Shown here one piece after another: positions 58,961-64,000 of a stretch of DNA of 64,000 nucleotides (position 1 is its first letter; each line of letters begins with the position of its first letter). A model generated the notes under the pieces. It was not told where the DNA came from and ran no database searches. It saw nothing but the letters and a program-made list of their open reading frames with translations. The DNA is taken from contig CAXHJY010000492.1 in the NCBI GenBank assembly GCA_964016885.1, forward strand, positions 1 to 64,000, in the 5' to 3' direction. Source of the DNA: Eledone cirrhosa (Eukaryota). The position numbers were made by a program, and so were the translations under genes.

Positions 58961-59160
58961 CCGTTTAATGATCAGATTTAGCTAATGAATTATACAGTCC
59001 GTCAAAACATAATCTAGCATGAGTCTGGAACCAAGGGTGTCGGGAAATCGGTGTTGTACTTCAATTAGTTTCCGTAGCTAAAAGAAAAGTGAAAGCAAAA
59101 GACCGGGTGTGACCGATATATAGTAAGAAAGAAGTGAAAGTAAATGCAACACATGTATAT

Positions 59161-59222
59161 AATTTCTGAACAAGTATTCCTCCAATAAATTAATTTATTG
59201 GAGGAATACTTGTTCAGAAATT
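59161..59222. repeat. Perfect 62-bp spacerless palindrome
   Basis: AATTTCTGAACAAGTATTCCTCCAATAAATT followed directly by its reverse complement. Confidence 0.95.
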
Positions 59223-59336
59223 TTAAACTTATTTATCCACATACATTTTTCGGTTGTCTCCAAATGCTGTTCTGGCATCTTGTCTTCCTGGTTACATCGT
59301 ATGATCACTCATGTCTGAAATATGGAATCTCCTACA

Positions 59337-61072
59337 CATTAAATTAATTGACCAGGTCATGAAGGTCACAAAAAAAGTAATAGCGCAACTAATCAGAGAG
59401 TGAATTGATCTGGATGAAATGCAGTTCGGGTTTGTGTCAGGTAAAAGTACCACAGATGCTCTTTTCATTGAACGACAACTACAGAAGTACCTAGCTAAAA
59501 GTAAACCCCTATACTTAGCTTTTGTCGACTTGGAGAAAGCCTTTGACAGAGTCCCACGCCCCATTATCTGGTGGGCTCTCAGAAAACTAGGTGTTGATGA
59601 ATGGCTTGTGAGAGCTATACAAGCCATGTATAAGGAAACAGTCAGGTTAGAATTAACAACGAATATAGTGAAGAGTTTAGCGTAAAAGTTGGTGTTCATC
59701 AGGACTCCGTTCTTAGCCCCCTCCTATTTATTATTGCCCTTCAGGCTGTAATAGAGGAGTTCAAGACCGGCTGCCCATGGGAACTCCTATACGCTGATGA
59801 TCTAACGCTTATAGCTGAATCAATGGCTGAACTAGAGAAGAAATTCCAAACATGGAAGCATGGCCTAGAATCAAAAGGCCTTAAAATTAACCTGTCTAAG
59901 ACTAAAGTTCTAGTATGTAGGATGGGAAATGGCCATGCTCAGTGTGTAGGAAAGGAGTAGGCAGAAACTCCATTTTATGTCCCAAATGCAAAGTATGGGT
60001 GCATAAAAGATGTAGTGGGATCACAGGTAAGCTAAGAATATAGATTTTATATATGGCCGGTGCTCAGGTGCAATAAGTAGCAGCAAGTGCCCACAGAATA
60101 CTAGCTCATTCCATTGCACAGATGGTTCTATAGAAATAGTGGACACCTTCCGTTACCTGGGTGACAAAATCAGCAGTGGTGGAGGGTGCTCTGAAAGTAC
60201 AGTAGCTAGAGTCAGAACGGGATGAAAAAAGTTCAGAGAGCTTATACCGCTGTTGGGCCACAAAAGGTTTCTCTCTAAAAATGAAAGGCAGGCTGTATCA
60301 TGCCTGCATACGAACAGCAATGTTACATGGCAGTGAGACTTGGGCATTGTGTGCAGAGGATCTACGCAGACTGGAGAGGAACAAAGCTTGCATGCTCCGT
60401 TGGATGTGCAATAGTAATAGACGTGAACGGCAAAGCATAAATGAACTGAGAAATTAGGAATAAGAGGGATCAGATGCTGTTTACTCGAGAGAAGACTACG
60501 TTGGTATGGTCACGTGATGCGCATGAAAGACAGCTGTATAAAAAAGTGCAGGGCGATCAAAATAGACAGTAGCCACGGAGTAGGCAGACCCAGAAAAACC
60601 TGGGACGACTTGATAAATTCCGACCTCACACACTTACACCTCTCCAAGACAATGTCACTGGACCGAGATCTTTGGCGCTACGCAGTAATACAGAAGACCC
60701 GCCTTGCCTAAGTGCAAAGCGAAACCTACAGTCAGTGGGCACCTCTTACCAAAATACACCCATCCACACCACCCCCCTTCGATGTAAAGATATGTTGGTA
60801 CCACAACATCCAGTCTTAAATAAATGAGATCGTGTAGGTGTCACAACAAAAATACACACAGTCCACGCTGTAATGTGGCCATGTAGGTAACACGGTAAAA
60901 ACCTCCCAGTCCACACTGTAAACGTGGTTGGTGTTAGGAAGGGCATCCAGCCATAGAAAACCCACCAGGCAGTCCTATACGAGCAAGACAACCAATCTTG
61001 CCTCAAGTGGGAAAATTCCCGTCCAAACCCATGCTAGCGTGGAAGATGGACGTTAAACAATGATGATGATGA
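59337..61072 (+). mobile_element. 5'-truncated, degraded copy of the same RTE family in SNRPF intron 1
   Basis: Closely similar to 49500-51530, with frameshifts and stops; (TGA)n tail. Confidence 0.9.
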
Positions 61073-62482
61073 ACACTGGAATGCTGCAGTCTCAATTTCT
61101 TCAAGAATTATGATTGGCTCTGTTGGAATATCAGTTTCATAGATATTATAGCTAAATTATTCACTATCGTTTTACTACAAAGACTTCAATGCACTCAACC
61201 AATTCAGTTTGGTTTTCATCAGGCCCAATGCTGCACAAAACAAACGTACACCTTAAAAGGGTTCTAGAATAACATAGAGCAGCAAACCATCACTTGTTCT
61301 GTGGACTTTGTGGCTGGCATTTATTCTGAAACATGATTACAGATGGACAGCCTATGAAGCCATTTTAAGCACACTACAGTTCTACATGAGCAAAGATTCA
61401 CTGTATTATTGAAGTTCATGCAGGTATCCAGCTGGGCTGTTCTAACTTTCCTATTCTTTAATTATGCCATCAACTAGATTGTGAAGCATCCCCTGAGATA
61501 ATTTCCCAGCTGATACTGTAGGGCAAGACTTCAGTGTCCCTGAATTACATTGATATTCAATAAGCCGTTGAATGCCTCACTTTGTACATATTGCATGTTA
61601 ATAAGGAGATCAATGCAACCTAGACAAAAATAGTTTCTGATACCATCTGAAATGGCATAACTTTACTAGAAGTCAATCAATTCAAATCTCTTGACACTAC
61701 CTTCACTGATGGCCATATTAACCATGCATGCACTGCATTCCATTATCTTTAAAGAAAACTGTTCTAGGTTGGACATCCATCTGGCCACAAAAATTCACAT
61801 TTACCAAGCATTTGTTTGCACCATATAGCTGTGAGAAGTGAGCAAGGAGATTGATAAACTTATACAAGCTGAAAGTATTTTATCACTGTTGCTGTTTCCC
61901 TGTTTTCACATTGCATTTCATGTCAGATTCTGAAATTCGTCATTGCCAGTTCTTATTCAAATGACACCTCCATTGGTTTGGTCACACCCTCAGCCATGCA
62001 CAAAGTAAACTCATCTACAATCTGTCATACCAGGCACCCTTTGCAGCATGGTGTAAACAGTGAGGTAGGAAGCTGAAAATGTGGATTAGTATGATCGAGT
62101 TGGATCTTGAGTTAATATATGGTATCTACCATATGTAATCACTGAGCATGGGTGGCTTCTGTTTCTAAATCTGTGGGTAAACACTGACACAAGTACAATA
62201 TATATATATCATCATCATCCTGTAACATCTATTTTCCATGCTTGCATGGGTTAGACGAGGCTTGGTTTCTACTGCTGGATATCCTCCCTAACCTCAACCA
62301 AGTGTGTATTTGGAGCATTAAAAGAAATGATTATCAATGTATTTTAACTCGTAAGTCTTTGCTTTTACTGATTATATTTATGTCCTTGAGTAGATCTTCC
62401 AGTCAATTACTGGACCAATATTTACAAATCATTATTTTAAATCTTGCTCTCAGTTGTAACTTAATTCCCATTTTCTTTTCAG

Positions 62483-62608
62483 ACTATGCCAATTAACCCC
62501 AAACCATTTTTAAATGGCTTAACGGGGAAACCAGTCATTATAAAATTGAAATGGGGAATGGAATATAAAGGCTATCTTGTATCTATAGATGGCTACATGA
62601 ACTTACAG
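62483..62608 (+). CDS. SNRPF: snRNP core protein SmF, exon 2 (remaining exons lie beyond the window)
   Basis: [42 protein letters not shown]; AG/GT bounded; not in the ORF track. Confidence 0.95.
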
Positions 62609-63614
62609 GTAAGATCATTTTTCCAATTTTTGCAGCATAATACTGTTAATTCACCAATTTAATTTTAAAAGTCAAATATGGTACAAATCATGGTCTATAA
62701 AGAATGCAACATTCTGTACAAATTAATTCCAAATAAGAGGAATCCTTATTTGAATGGTTTATTAATATCAATTCCATTTGACATAATGGTAATCAGCTTA
62801 GTTATTGTTGTTTAGCTTTAGATCAACTCTGATAGTGCAAACCTATGATCAAGAACATTTTAGTCATGCCCATCTCCTCTATCTCAGATATTATTCATAA
62901 AATGACTACAATTTCCAGTGTCTTTTTCTCTTCAAGACTACCATGAACAATTTGAAGGCAATCTGGCTGCAATTTTTTGCATCATATTTCAAGTTAACCA
63001 CACTCACTTTAATTACCATTGCTCTTGTTTAAAGCAGTGTGCTATATCTACAATTGAGCTGAATAAACTTTAACTATAGGTCAAGTAGACCTATATATAA
63101 GCATTACAGTTTTGACCACTCCTACTTTTTGAGGGAAACTAAGACTATTGTCTAAAATGTCCTTTCCTTATTTCAGACAATTGTGTAATTTGAGGGTGGT
63201 TTGGCTCACTTCTGCACATCAAGTGACCACATGGTGGCTCCCCAAAGAAGTTCACTTGGCAAACATATGGTTTCGGGTTTAATCCTACTGCATAGCACCT
63301 TAGTCAAATGTTTATTGCTATAGCCCCAGACCAACTAATGATTTATGAGTGAATTTGGTGGAAAGTAAACAGTAGGGAAACCCATCATGTGTATGTCTGT
63401 CTCTGCATGTGTCTTCATCCCAAATGTTGCCATTTATGTCTCACAGTTTAACAGTTCAGTGAAGATTAGTGGAATTAAATACCATACTTAGAAGTAAAGT
63501 ATGGATTGGCATCAGAAAGGGCATCCAGTCATAAAATACTGCATGTAAAAGTGGACATGAAAACATGATGGATGTATGTTATAGACAGATCTAAACACAT
63601 TACTTTTATATACC

Positions 63615-63885
63615 ATCATCATCATCATTTTACGTCCGCTTTTCTCTGCTTTTCCATTCATCATGCTCCTTTGTCATCTCCTCCGTGAGCTTCAGCGGTC
63701 TGAAGCCTGCTCTCACTACCTCTGCCCATGTTTTTCATGGTCTTCCTCGGCTGCGTCTTCCTTCTACTGGGATTTCTTGGCATTTCTTTACCCATCGCTC
63801 ATCCTCCATGCACACTACAGCCTATCCCTCTTATACATAATTTCTCTCTCAACTCCTCTATGCTTGGTCAGAAAATAGGTATCTG
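63615..63885 (-). mobile_element. RTE 3' fragment
   Basis: Reverse complement of (GAT)n tail and RTE C-terminus (SRRRRSRGRP.KTW). Confidence 0.6.
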
Positions 63886-64000
63886 CTGTCCTATGTTCAA
63901 TTCTGTTTTGAGATTTCATTAACAGCCAAATGGGTGTAATGGTAACACTTTGGCCTGGTATCCACAGAAATACTGTTTGTAAATTAGTTTCACTGATTTG

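Overview
This is repeat-rich eukaryotic animal DNA; the SINE/RTE repertoire and giant (TA)n tracts suggest an octopus or other cephalopod (inference). It contains parts of three spliced host genes: the last 7 coding exons of an SLC6 Na+-dependent amino-acid transporter (+, 13552-25627), a complete 4-exon MED20 (-, 57091-45004), and the first 2 coding exons of SNRPF/SmF (+, from 57729), which is head-to-head with MED20. Mobile DNA includes a near-intact Tx1-type LINE (one in-frame stop in ORF2), RTE LINEs with a PHD-like finger inside the RT, a decayed Penelope-like element (PLE), CRE-like RLE fragments, a non-autonomous Helitron, mariner/pogo and piggyBac-like MITEs, and many tRNA-derived SINEs. 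The main unexplained signal, found by hand-folding, is about 20 type-I hammerhead ribozyme (HHR) motifs on both strands, mostly in short islands next to (TA)n. They include two non-coding partial-tandem units (318-nt and 483-nt periods) that look like retrozyme-type circular-RNA elements, a full-length HHR with the compensatory U3-A8 core, a recurring U4C core variant and inverted HHR pairs. All structures were folded by eye; activity is untested.
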